54,989 bases of DNA from Candidatus Omnitrophota bacterium. Its GTDB lineage: Bacteria; Omnitrophota; Omnitrophia; Omnitrophales; Aquincolibacteriaceae. The notes under the pieces were generated by a model. It had not been told where the DNA came from. It saw nothing but the letters and a program-made list of their open reading frames with translations, and did not search any database. Location: the NCBI GenBank assembly GCA_043803685.1, contig JAZDJU010000119.1, positions 1-54,989 on the forward strand, given 5' to 3'. Position numbers and translations under genes: made by a program. This document shows, piece after piece, positions 28,253-37,310 of this stretch; position 1 is the first letter of the stretch; each line of letters starts with the position of its first letter.

Positions 28253-29745
28253 GACACCCGCCCCCGTCCGTGTTCCGCGGCCGCAACAAAGCGGGAGCGG
28301 ATGAAATTGAATCCCGCAGTCATATTCCTGCCAGCTTCGCGGGGGCTGAGGATGGACTGCGTCATTTTTTTGAGAATATACCGTGGCGAGAGATGATAAC
28401 GCGTGTAGGCGGAGTCGCAGAACGTCTGCATGTCTTCCGAACTGGCGTCCGGCAGATCGTAGACGCATTCATGCCGGCCTTTTGAGTCAAGCCACTTTGA
28501 GTGATCGGTGGTCTTGAGATAATGTTGACGGGAAACCCAGTCATGGGCTTTTGTACCGGGATACGGGAACACCGGATAAAATTGCGCGCTGTCGCAGTTG
28601 AGCCGTTTCGCGAAGGCGAGCGTCCGCTCCATCGACGCCTTTGTTTCGCCGGGGAATCCCACCATGAAGCAGCCGTGGACGAGAATGCCCAGTTCGTCGC
28701 AGTGTTTCTTGAACGCCAAGGACTGTTCGACCTTGATCCCCTTGCCCATGGCGTCCAGGATCGACTGGTCTCCGCTTTCGAAGCCGACCGCGCATTGCCG
28801 GAATCCCGCCAACTTCATCTCCCGCAGGGTTTCTTGCCTTGTGTTGACCCGGACATTCGCGAACCAGTTCATCCTGATCCCCGCCTGCCGCATCAATTGG
28901 CATATTTTAACGACGCGGTCTTCATCGGCGGTAAATGTGTCATCCTCAAAAACGACCTCTTTGACTTCCGGCATCTCCGATTTGATGAATTTCAGCTCCT
29001 CCAGCACGTTTTCCGGACTCCGGAAGCGGTAGCCGTGGCCGTGCATGGTCTGGGGATAGACACAGAAAAAACAACCGTTCGGACAGCCGCGCCCGGTGAT
29101 CAGCATGACCATGGGGTGACGGGCCAGAGAGAAATAATACCGTTTGATGGGAAGGAATTCTTTGTAAACCTTACTAACGAAAGGCAGCTCATCCAGGTTC
29201 TCAATAAACGGGCGCGCGGATGTTTTTACCGTCTTCTCCCCTGACCTGTATGCAATGCCCAGCACATCGCGCCAATCCTTTCCCGCGGCGAGCCGCTTGG
29301 CAATATCCAAGATCGTTGCCTCATACTCCGCGATTGCGACGATATCGACCGAGCGGCACGCCTTGAGAACCTCTTCATAACAGGCGGAGGGGTGCGTGCC
29401 AACGATCGCCACGACGAGCCCCGGGAGCTTGTCTTTCAAAACCCGGCAGAATTCAAGGTCGTTCGCGATGCTCGGCGTGGAAGTTTCAACGACTGCGAGA
29501 CACGGCGAGAAGCCTTCCGCTTTGGCCACGCACTGCGTCATATTGAGGTCGGAGGCGACCGCGTCGACGAGCAGGACATTGAAGCCCGCCTTTTTAAGCG
29601 CCCCCGCGGCGAAACTCAGCCAGTAAGGATAATATAACGTGCCGCTTTTGATGACGGCCGGACTGCGCTGTTGCCGGGAGAACATTTTCAGATAAGGCGG
29701 GTTGATCAGGAAGACGTTCACGTCACACCAGTCCATCGGAAGCAT
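28249..29745 (-). CDS. B12-binding radical SAM protein (tentatively HpnJ-like subfamily)
   Basis: 498 aa (alternative GTG start 29721); FLINPP, LYYPYWL, ETSTPS, GRGCPNGCFFCVYPQTMHG, GFESG, HGCFMVG, PYPGT. Confidence 0.9.
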   Translation of the reverse strand: MLPMDWCDVNVFLINPPYLKMFSRQQRSPAVIKSGTLYYPYWLSFAAGALKKAGFNVLLVDAVASDLNMTQCVAKAEGFSPCLAVVETSTPSIANDLEFCRVLKDKLPGLVVAIVGTHPSACYEEVLKACRSVDIVAIAEYEATILDIAKRLAAGKDWRDVLGIAYRSGEKTVKTSARPFIENLDELPFVSKVYKEFLPIKRYYFSLARHPMVMLITGRGCPNGCFFCVYPQTMHGHGYRFRSPENVLEELKFIKSEMPEVKEVVFEDDTFTADEDRVVKICQLMRQAGIRMNWFANVRVNTRQETLREMKLAGFRQCAVGFESGDQSILDAMGKGIKVEQSLAFKKHCDELGILVHGCFMVGFPGETKASMERTLAFAKRLNCDSAQFYPVFPYPGTKAHDWVSRQHYLKTTDHSKWLDSKGRHECVYDLPDASSEDMQTFCDSAYTRYHLSPRYILKKMTQSILSPREAGRNMTAGFNFIRSRFVAAAEHGRGRVS

Positions 29746-29769
29746 TGTTCATCCCGCGCATTAAGCACC

Positions 29770-30944
29770 TTATTTGTTGTTGAGATGCTTCTTGATGTTG
29801 GAAATGGTGTAATGCGATGTTCCAAGAAGGATGGCGTTCAGCCCGCAGGTGGTTACGGCGATGAGCGAAAGCCAGTGGCTGGAAATTAGATCTAGTTTTG
29901 TGCCGGTGTAGATGGCGACGGCGATGCCCAGAAGCGCAATCGCGATATCACGGAATGGCCGATGATCGGTTCGCTGACCAGGTAGGCGCTGAAGATCGTT
30001 TTCTTTGCTTTTTTATCGAAGATCATCCGGTTGATGAAGGTCGACAGGACCCCCGCGCAATAACACGCGACGCCGACGCTCATGAAAAAGGTCGAGGCGA
30101 TCATCCACATCACATCGCCTTCCGTGAGCGCGCCCCGGAAGGCATGGATCAGCGGAACGCGTGCCATATAGACGGAAAGAATCGCGGAAAAGACCGTGCC
30201 GAGAAAATACATCTGGAACGGATTGTTCAGCACGATGACCGAAAGAAGGGACCTCAAGAACCTGAGGCCGTCCTTGACCACATGAAGCTTCGATGAACCG
30301 AGGCGTTCATGGTACGGGACCGGGCATTCCCGCCATTCGAGATTGACGAAAAGGACCTTCACGGTCATGACGATGATGAAATTGAGGCCGTCCGGCAGCG
30401 GGCGCAGCATGGGCAGGATGCTCTTCCTGAAAAGCCGGATCCCCGAGCTCGGGTCTTTGACCGTTTCATGCGACAGCAAAAAGATCAGCCCGCTGTAGAA
30501 CTTGTTTCCGATCTTGCGGATGAGAGGCATTTTGCTGACATCCGTGAACCGGCAGCCTGTGATCATGTCGGTCTGGGAGGCGAAGAACTCGTCCAGAAGG
30601 ATCTTCGCGTTCATGAAATCGAACGTCCCGTCGCCGTCAAAGAAGACGATGATATCGCCTGAAGCGCGCTCAAAGCCCGTTTGAAGCGCCGCCCCGTATC
30701 CCCGGTTGACGCTGTGGCTGATGATCTCGAGACCCTTCTCGTCACGGATGGACTGGTCCATGACTTCCACGGACGTGTCATGGGAGCCATCGTTGACCAG
30801 CAGGACCTCAATGGCGGACAGCTTCGGAAACACTCTCAGGAGCTTGGGGCGGCTCGCGATGATATTCTCGATGACCGGCCGGATGGCGTCCTCTTCGTTG
30901 TAGACAGGGACCACGACCGACAGTTTGATCTTTGTTTCGCTCAT
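29770..30944 (-). pseudogene. Polyprenol-phosphate glycosyltransferase (DPM1/GtrB-like GT2), frameshifted near C-terminus
   Basis: SVVVPVYNEE, NRGYGAAL, FDGDG, R.G.SKL. Frame ends at 29892, but adding one base at about 29954 gives IIGHFRDIAIALLGIAVAIY...KHLNNK* (two more hydrophobic helices, stop 29770). Could be an assembly error. Confidence 0.8.
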
Positions 30945-31990
30945 TTCACGGATCCTTGTTTGTTCGCTCGATGACTAGACCGGCCAAGAATTCCCCATAT
31001 CTCCCCAAGACCGAAAGAAAAATGCGTAATAAAGTACAACAATATAACATGGAAAAGCAGATCAGGCCGCCTTTGCCGCAGGCAATAGAAAACGGAGTAA
31101 GCGAGTATCATCAGGCCATAGGCGGCGACCGGCCAGAGGAAGGCGGAGGATATTCCCGCGAAGAAAGGCAAAAGGGTCAATAAGACGATCATCGGCGGGA
31201 CGAAATAGACGGCGGTTACATGATCAGGATGCTTGGTGAGAAGCTGGATCCGTCCCCAGCCATAGCGGAAACTCCGTTCCGCCCACATCTGGAAACCGGG
31301 TTTGAAAACATGCACGACTTCGGCGCCGGTAAGGTAGTAGATCTTGCGCCCCGCTTGGGTCAGCCGGTAATTCAGGTCCGGGTCTTCGCATACAAACTGA
31401 AACGCCTCGTCAAAGCCTCCCGCGGCGTCGATCGCGGATTTTTCATAAAGGATATTGAGCGTGGGCATATGATCCACTTCTAGGTCCCGGTCGAATTCTT
31501 TGCCCTGCGTGGAACCCCGGTTCCCGAGCATGGTCTTCATGATGATGTTCGTCGCGTCGTAGAAACGCGTTTTTCCGGAAGGGGCACGGTTGGTCCCCCC
31601 AAGCGCGGCCAGTTCGGGCGTCGAATTTTTAAGCGTATCGAACCCGCGGACGAGACGGGTCAGCCAGTTGGGCGGGACGACACAATCCGCGTCCGTGAAC
31701 GCCACATAGGGAAAACGCGAAGCTCTCACGCCGATGTTCCTGCTTTTGGGGATACTCTTCTCCGGATTGTCGGCCAAACGGATGTTCGAATGATGCGCCA
31801 TGAAATCCCTGATGACTTCCCGGGTCCCGTCCGTCGAAAGGCTGTCGACACAGAGGATCTCGTAGTCCTCTTTCGGGAAATCCATGCTTGCGAGCGATTG
31901 AAGGCAATCCGCGATATTCCTGATCTCGTTGTAGCAAACCACGATGACTGACACTTGCACCTTTTGATCCTTTATCATGGCAGCGGTCAT
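30941..31990 (-). CDS. GT2 glycosyltransferase with C-terminal membrane helices
   Basis: 349 aa; SVIVVCYNE, VDSLSTDGT, SRNIG, FTDADC, EDPDL. Confidence 0.9.
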   Translation of the reverse strand: MTAAMIKDQKVQVSVIVVCYNEIRNIADCLQSLASMDFPKEDYEILCVDSLSTDGTREVIRDFMAHHSNIRLADNPEKSIPKSRNIGVRASRFPYVAFTDADCVVPPNWLTRLVRGFDTLKNSTPELAALGGTNRAPSGKTRFYDATNIIMKTMLGNRGSTQGKEFDRDLEVDHMPTLNILYEKSAIDAAGGFDEAFQFVCEDPDLNYRLTQAGRKIYYLTGAEVVHVFKPGFQMWAERSFRYGWGRIQLLTKHPDHVTAVYFVPPMIVLLTLLPFFAGISSAFLWPVAAYGLMILAYSVFYCLRQRRPDLLFHVILLYFITHFSFGLGEIWGILGRSSHRANKQGSVK

Positions 31991-33225
31991 TCTCGCTTAC
32001 GGGGAACCAGTTTGGGATAGAGACGGGTCATGGCATCAGCTATATACCGGATCCCGTCCGCAGACGGATGGCCATCCTGCGGCGAGACCGGAAACCGGGC
32101 CAGTTGCTCTTTAGAGAGATCCATATAGTCTTTTAAATAAAAAAAACGTTTTTGACCGGCCATGGCCATTAATTCACTGGCGAGTCGCCGGTCTTCGGAA
32201 TTCGGAATCCACCGAGTGCCTTTCTCAAGTTCTGCGATCATCGGGAAATGGACAAAATAGTACGGGACGCCGGACACTTCCAGCTTCTTCAAAGAAGCCT
32301 CCAGGCCGGCGTCGTTGCGGTATGACAGGACTTTGTCCAGTCTCGACGCGCGGCGGAGCACGGGTTGGCCATAAACGATCTTGTTGAAAAGAAATGACCG
32401 GGGCATGAAAAACGTGACGTCGTTTTTATTAAATTCCGATGTCCACAGCTTCTTAAAAAATGACTCTAAGGGAGGTATCAGCGGATCGTTTCCGCCGTTC
32501 TTCATAACCTCGGAGCACCACTCCTTCGTGATCCTTCGGTCGAATAACTGGCCGAGCTGCGAGTCAGGTGACATGGCGGTGTCGGCTGGGTCGTAAGCCA
32601 GATACCAGTACCCCCTGCCGTTCGTCTCAACGGTTTTCCTCCAAAAGCGCCTGCGGTGCAAGTCATCCGTGATATAGGCGATCAGGATCATATCGGGTTT
32701 CCAAGTGTCGATCTGCGATGCCGCAAGTTCCAGCATCTGAAGGACCCCGTACCCGTCACGTCCGAAGTTCAGCACCTGAACGTTCGGGTCCTGCTTTTCT
32801 TTAAGGCGCTTTGAAAACTGAGAAACCCAGGTCTCTCCGGCATGCGGAATTGAAGTGAAGGAGTCTCCAAAGACGAGGACCCGGGGTCCCCGCGGGGATG
32901 TGTTTTCTCGCGCCTTTTTAAAATCTTCGAAATCGGTTTCAAACGTTGCAAATTCGTTAATTGTGAAAAGCGGGAGGCAGGATGTGGCCAGGCCTTTTTC
33001 TATGCCAAGAATACAAATATCCTTGTTGGGTTTATATGAATAACCGTATTGAGGGTCGTAAGTGACAAGGCTGTCGCTAAAAAAGCTAGCCTGCAGATCC
33101 GGGTTCGCGGCTTTTTTGGTGTACGCAGCGAGCACGTGAATCCTGTACGCCCCTTCGCAGACTAAAAACGTTATGAGCATTGAAAAGACCGCTAGCAGCA
33201 CCTTCTGGAAAAAATCTTTACTCAT
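31987..33225 (-). CDS. Membrane-anchored SGNH/GDSL hydrolase-fold protein (paralog B)
   Basis: 412 aa; N-terminal TM, FGDSFT, NFGRDGYG, DGHPS. Confidence 0.85.
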   Translation of the reverse strand: MSKDFFQKVLLAVFSMLITFLVCEGAYRIHVLAAYTKKAANPDLQASFFSDSLVTYDPQYGYSYKPNKDICILGIEKGLATSCLPLFTINEFATFETDFEDFKKARENTSPRGPRVLVFGDSFTSIPHAGETWVSQFSKRLKEKQDPNVQVLNFGRDGYGVLQMLELAASQIDTWKPDMILIAYITDDLHRRRFWRKTVETNGRGYWYLAYDPADTAMSPDSQLGQLFDRRITKEWCSEVMKNGGNDPLIPPLESFFKKLWTSEFNKNDVTFFMPRSFLFNKIVYGQPVLRRASRLDKVLSYRNDAGLEASLKKLEVSGVPYYFVHFPMIAELEKGTRWIPNSEDRRLASELMAMAGQKRFFYLKDYMDLSKEQLARFPVSPQDGHPSADGIRYIADAMTRLYPKLVPRKRE

Positions 33226-33322
33226 GAAGGCACAATGTCGGAACGGTTCAAGAAAGAAGAATGAACGTTTAACTCGTTGGAAAGAAAAACAAGAAAACCG
33301 AACGATGGGCCGAATGACAGCT

Positions 33323-33349
33323 GCGGACTCTTGGCGAAAGGAGTTCCGC
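33323..33349. terminator. Possible imperfect terminator hairpin downstream of wzt
   Basis: gcggactc...gagttccgc stem in the intergenic gap; the T-rich tract on the minus strand lies about 20 nt further downstream, not adjacent. Confidence 0.25.
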
Positions 33350-33373
33350 TTGATACGGGAAGGGGCCTTGAAA

Positions 33374-34660
33374 TTAGCCGGCGCATTCGGCGGAAGGATT
33401 GTCTATGAATTCTGTGCGCCAGTCCAGCAGCGGGCGTATCACCCCGTGTATCTCTCCGTAGTAGCCGTGACGCAGCTCATCGGAGTCCGCGACATCGAAA
33501 GAGAGCAAGCCTTCTTTGTGATAGGTCACAAAATTCGTGTTCTTAGTGAAATAAATATCAACGCGGTAGGTCCCGTTATTGAGAAGATCGCCCGGGATGC
33601 GGCAGACGCTCCGGAAAAGGCCTCTGGGGAGGGGCTTCCCGTACCACTTTTTTTCGGCGAAGGGCGTCGTTCCGAACACGAGGACTCCCTGCTCGTTGAA
33701 CACCACCGGGCAAAGAGATAAGCGCGCATCCGGGACAAGGTTCCAATATTCAAATTCCAATTCGATCTGAGAACGCACTGTGATATTTCCGGGGCCGCTT
33801 GCCGAACCCGCGTGCCTGACGCGCGCGCTGCGCAGCCGCACCTCATCATTCCCGGGTGCCGTCGAGGGATCGTTCCATTCCTGCTCGCCGGTCGATGCGG
33901 TCGTCCCCTTCAGATACTTATGGATGACCTGCTGGGACGGCCCGTCATCCGCGATCACCCCGTTTTCGAGATAGATGGTCCTCTGGCAAAGGCTTTGAAT
34001 GGCCAGCATATTATGGCTTACGAACAGGATGGTCCTGCCGCTTTTGGACACCTCATCCATTTTAGTCATGCATTTTTTCTGGAAGACCGCGTCTCCAACG
34101 GAAAGCACTTCGTCGATAAGAAAGATCTCCGGCTCGAGGTGGGCCGCGACGGCGAAGGCCAGGCGGACGTACATGCCGGAGGAATAACGCTTCACGGGGG
34201 TGTCGAGGAACTTCTCGATCTCCGCGAACGCGACGATCTCATCGTATTTCTTTTTGATCTCGGACGTTTTCATGCCCAGGATGGCGCCGTTCATATAAAT
34301 ATTCTCTTTTCCCGTCAGTTCGGGGTGAAATCCCGTGCCGACCTCCAGAAGGCTGACGACGCGGCCGCGGATGCGCGCCTCCCCTTCCGTGGGTTCGGTG
34401 ATCTCGCTCAGGATCTTGAGAAGCGTGCTTTTACCGGCACCGTTCCGTCCAATGATCCCGACTTTGTCTCCGGCGTTGATATCGAACGAAACATTCTTAA
34501 GCGCCCATATCTCCTGCGGTTCTTCTTTCTTTTGCCGTTTGAAGAGATTTTTAAACGAGTTGGCCATGACGTCGCGCAGTACTCGGTAACTTTCTCCACC
34601 GCCCGTGCCCAGCAGATAACGTTTCCCGAGATCCTTAACGGATATGACAGGTTTATCCAT
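33374..34660 (-). CDS. wzt: Polysaccharide ABC exporter ATP-binding subunit with Wzt C-terminal domain
   Basis: 428 aa; GRNGAGKST, GTGFHPELTG, YSSGM, DEVLSVGD, plus about 170 aa C-terminal extension. Confidence 0.93.
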   Translation of the reverse strand: MDKPVISVKDLGKRYLLGTGGGESYRVLRDVMANSFKNLFKRQKKEEPQEIWALKNVSFDINAGDKVGIIGRNGAGKSTLLKILSEITEPTEGEARIRGRVVSLLEVGTGFHPELTGKENIYMNGAILGMKTSEIKKKYDEIVAFAEIEKFLDTPVKRYSSGMYVRLAFAVAAHLEPEIFLIDEVLSVGDAVFQKKCMTKMDEVSKSGRTILFVSHNMLAIQSLCQRTIYLENGVIADDGPSQQVIHKYLKGTTASTGEQEWNDPSTAPGNDEVRLRSARVRHAGSASGPGNITVRSQIELEFEYWNLVPDARLSLCPVVFNEQGVLVFGTTPFAEKKWYGKPLPRGLFRSVCRIPGDLLNNGTYRVDIYFTKNTNFVTYHKEGLLSFDVADSDELRHGYYGEIHGVIRPLLDWRTEFIDNPSAECAG

Positions 34661-34663
34661 GGC

Positions 34664-35491
34664 TCAGATGACGTCCACAAAAGTTCGTTCCATTTTTCGG
34701 AAATAGAAAAGTCCGCTGACAAGGGCAATGAAAACAAAGAGAACGCTCAGGGTGACGCCCGTCCAGTGGGGTTCCGCGGTCCCGAGCAGACACCAGCGGA
34801 ATCCGTCGATGACGCTCGTCATGGGGTTCATCGAGTAGAGAAGCTTCCACTTGAGCGGGATGATGGAAGAAGAATAAGCGACCGGAGAGATGTACTGGCC
34901 CGCCTGGAGCAGAAAAGGCACTACGTAGAGGACGTCCCGGTACTCGGCATTAAGCGCCGAGAGCCACAGACCGATCGCAAGCGCGAACGTGAATGAAAGC
35001 AGGAAGAAAAGAGGTAAATAAATGAGGGTGCCCGTCGGGGCGATCTTGTACCACACCATCAGGGCGATCAGGATGAAGAAAGAAATGAAGAAATCAACGG
35101 AAGCAGAAAGTATGGCGCTTGCCGGAATGATCATACGCGGGAAATACACTTTGGTAATGATCGCGGTGCTGCTGACGATCGACTGGCTCGCTGACGTTAT
35201 GGCGCGGGCAAAAAACTGCCAGGGCAGCAACGCGACGAAGATCAGGATGGGATAGGGCACTCCTTCGGAGGGCAGTTTCGCGAAATGTCCGAATAGGACG
35301 GAGAAAACGATCATGGTGAAAAGAGGCTGGATAATGCTCCAGGCCGCGCCGATTACCGTTTGTTTGTACCGGACAATGATGTCCCTCAGAGCAAGGAACA
35401 GGCAAAGTTCCCGGTGCCGCCAGAGTTCAGGGAAATTGACTCCGACGAACCCCTTTTTCTTGATGATCTTGTAATCTGAGAGTTCTTTCAT
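34664..35491 (-). CDS. wzm: Polysaccharide ABC exporter permease
   Basis: 275 aa; RDIIVRYKQT.IG.AW.IIQP, KVYFPR, YRDV, NPM, FVDVI. Confidence 0.93.
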   Translation of the reverse strand: MKELSDYKIIKKKGFVGVNFPELWRHRELCLFLALRDIIVRYKQTVIGAAWSIIQPLFTMIVFSVLFGHFAKLPSEGVPYPILIFVALLPWQFFARAITSASQSIVSSTAIITKVYFPRMIIPASAILSASVDFFISFFILIALMVWYKIAPTGTLIYLPLFFLLSFTFALAIGLWLSALNAEYRDVLYVVPFLLQAGQYISPVAYSSSIIPLKWKLLYSMNPMTSVIDGFRWCLLGTAEPHWTGVTLSVLFVFIALVSGLFYFRKMERTFVDVI

Positions 35492-35530
35492 GTGTCTTTC
35501 AGTTTCTCGAGGGAACTGATCTAAAAGCGG

Positions 35531-37171
35531 TCATTTTATATCAGATCGTATAGGAAACAAATCAACTTGTGTCACGCGGGAAAGATATTCGTCAAGCTTG
35601 TGCCTCTTGAGGAAACGGAAATAGTGATACTTGAGCGCAGTCCGGACTTCTCCGATGCAGTTCCGCTGGCCGTCTTTGACTGTCACCAGCGCCTGCTTCC
35701 CGCACGGGTCGATCCCCTGGAGCGAGTAAGGGATCGTTGTCCGATGGAGGATATGTTCCCGGACCTCGTCGGAGGGATACGGTGTCATCCGTTCGTAAGT
35801 CTCGGCGAAACCGATGCGCGTGACGTCCCCCCAGATCCACTCGAACATGTAGATCAGATAGGGTGGACGGTGTTCCGGTTGGTCAATCGCTAGAAAACGG
35901 AGGGTGTGGGTGTCGTGCACGAGCAACACGCTAGTCTCCTTCGCGGAGGGTATCTTCGCGAGGTTAGCGAGGAACGAAATGTTCTTCACATAATCGGAAA
36001 GCAGGCAGAGATACGTGTAATTGAGATAGAGAGCTCCGCTCACGACGACGACGCCAAGGAAATACGGCAATGCCGCCGGCACAAGGACCGCGTTCGCCGA
36101 GCCAAAGACAACGAGCGCCATCGGCAGCGCGAGGATGATGTTGTTCTTCGTTTCGAACCCCCGGACGGCAAAGCGTTGACCGACCAGAATGTAGGGCATG
36201 CTGGCGGCCAGGAGGAGGACGACTCCAACATAAAAAACGCCGCTCGCTTCCCCGCTCTGGAGGATGAGCGCCTGGGCCGAAACGACGTGGCGCAGTAATA
36301 TATCCACCGCCAGCCAGGATGCGAGAATGAGCGGGACAAGCCACTTCAGACTTTGCTTGGCGACATAAGCGCACGCGTGGATATAAGTGCCCGTTACTCC
36401 CGTCATAAAAAGCTGCGTAAGGCCCACGGAAATGCGGTGCATATCGAACTTGATCAGATTGTAGTCAGAATAAAATCCGTGAGTGAAGGCGTACCGCTGT
36501 TTCAGTCCCCAATAGATGAAGGGGATAATCCAGAAATACCAGCGGCATGCGAGAAAATAGACGGTCTCTGTCAGGTTGAGCGCCTGTGCTGCCGAAGCGT
36601 GAAACAGAAGCAGCATCAGAAATCCTAGATAAAAAACCAGCAACGAGTTCATGTTGAAGCTGACGAAAAAAAGAACGATCGCGCCGGCCCGCATTCCCCA
36701 CTGGCCGGCGCCCGTCGCGCTCTCCGCCAGAACCCCGAGGAGGCAGGCGCCGAGGAATGCCGTATGCATAACGCCGTATTGCATGCAGGAAGGTTCAACC
36801 ATCATATTATTAGCGGGATAGAAAAGGAACAGAATGCTCACGCAAACAGACTGGATATCGGTCAAATAGCCGGACTCGCGGCACAGGCAGTAGATAAAAA
36901 AAGAGGACAAGAACATGCCAACGAACGACATGAGTTTGTAACAAAATATGGGCCGGGGCAGCATGGCCATGAATCTCAGACAGTAGTAGTACAACGGCAG
37001 TCCGATCTGACTTGTGGCGATCCGGCAGGCGTTATAATCTTTCTGACGGAACCACCCTCTCATAAGCCAGCCGTCCCAATAGACGCCGTTATCCAACAGG
37101 ATCATGCCGTGGGACAGAATAGTACAGGTGAAGAGAACAGCTAAGACATTCCAAAAGGAGATTTCGATCAT
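35531..37171 (-). CDS. Polytopic membrane protein, possibly GT-C-type glycosyltransferase
   Basis: 546 aa; many TM helices, acidic/aromatic YWDGW loop after the first helix, soluble C-terminal domain; function inferred only. Confidence 0.6.
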   Translation of the reverse strand: MIEISFWNVLAVLFTCTILSHGMILLDNGVYWDGWLMRGWFRQKDYNACRIATSQIGLPLYYYCLRFMAMLPRPIFCYKLMSFVGMFLSSFFIYCLCRESGYLTDIQSVCVSILFLFYPANNMMVEPSCMQYGVMHTAFLGACLLGVLAESATGAGQWGMRAGAIVLFFVSFNMNSLLVFYLGFLMLLLFHASAAQALNLTETVYFLACRWYFWIIPFIYWGLKQRYAFTHGFYSDYNLIKFDMHRISVGLTQLFMTGVTGTYIHACAYVAKQSLKWLVPLILASWLAVDILLRHVVSAQALILQSGEASGVFYVGVVLLLAASMPYILVGQRFAVRGFETKNNIILALPMALVVFGSANAVLVPAALPYFLGVVVVSGALYLNYTYLCLLSDYVKNISFLANLAKIPSAKETSVLLVHDTHTLRFLAIDQPEHRPPYLIYMFEWIWGDVTRIGFAETYERMTPYPSDEVREHILHRTTIPYSLQGIDPCGKQALVTVKDGQRNCIGEVRTALKYHYFRFLKRHKLDEYLSRVTQVDLFPIRSDIK

Positions 37172-37310
37172 ATGTCCAATTTTTTAACGAGTAGCACCGA
37201 CGATTTAGCCTCAAATTGTTGCTCTGAATTCTTGGTATCTTATCAAATCCCCGACGCTCTCAAACTAGAAAAACGGCACCGCAAGTTGTCCTTACATATC
37301 CGTCTCGCAT

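Noticed and set aside
27347..28396. 349-aa plus-strand ORF (also 18721-19581, 14514-15296, 1015-1800 and similar)
   Set aside because: Antisense to well-supported minus-strand genes; explained by codon bias. No plus-strand gene is supported anywhere in the window
26747..28468. Long N-terminal extensions in the ORF track (also starts 22070, 40683, 47099, 49757, 50467, 4108, 38996)
   Set aside because: Extensions overlap upstream genes; downstream ATGs with stop-start coupling or an RBS match where family homology begins
8675..29745. RiPP (polytheonamide-like), hopanoid or bacteriochlorophyll (BchE) cluster
   Set aside because: No precursor peptide, peptidase, squalene cyclase or bch genes seen; neighbours are glycan genes. 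A precursor outside the window cannot be excluded
33812..34996. 394-aa plus-strand ORF
   Set aside because: Fully antisense to wzt/wzm, no recognisable motifs; typical shadow ORF
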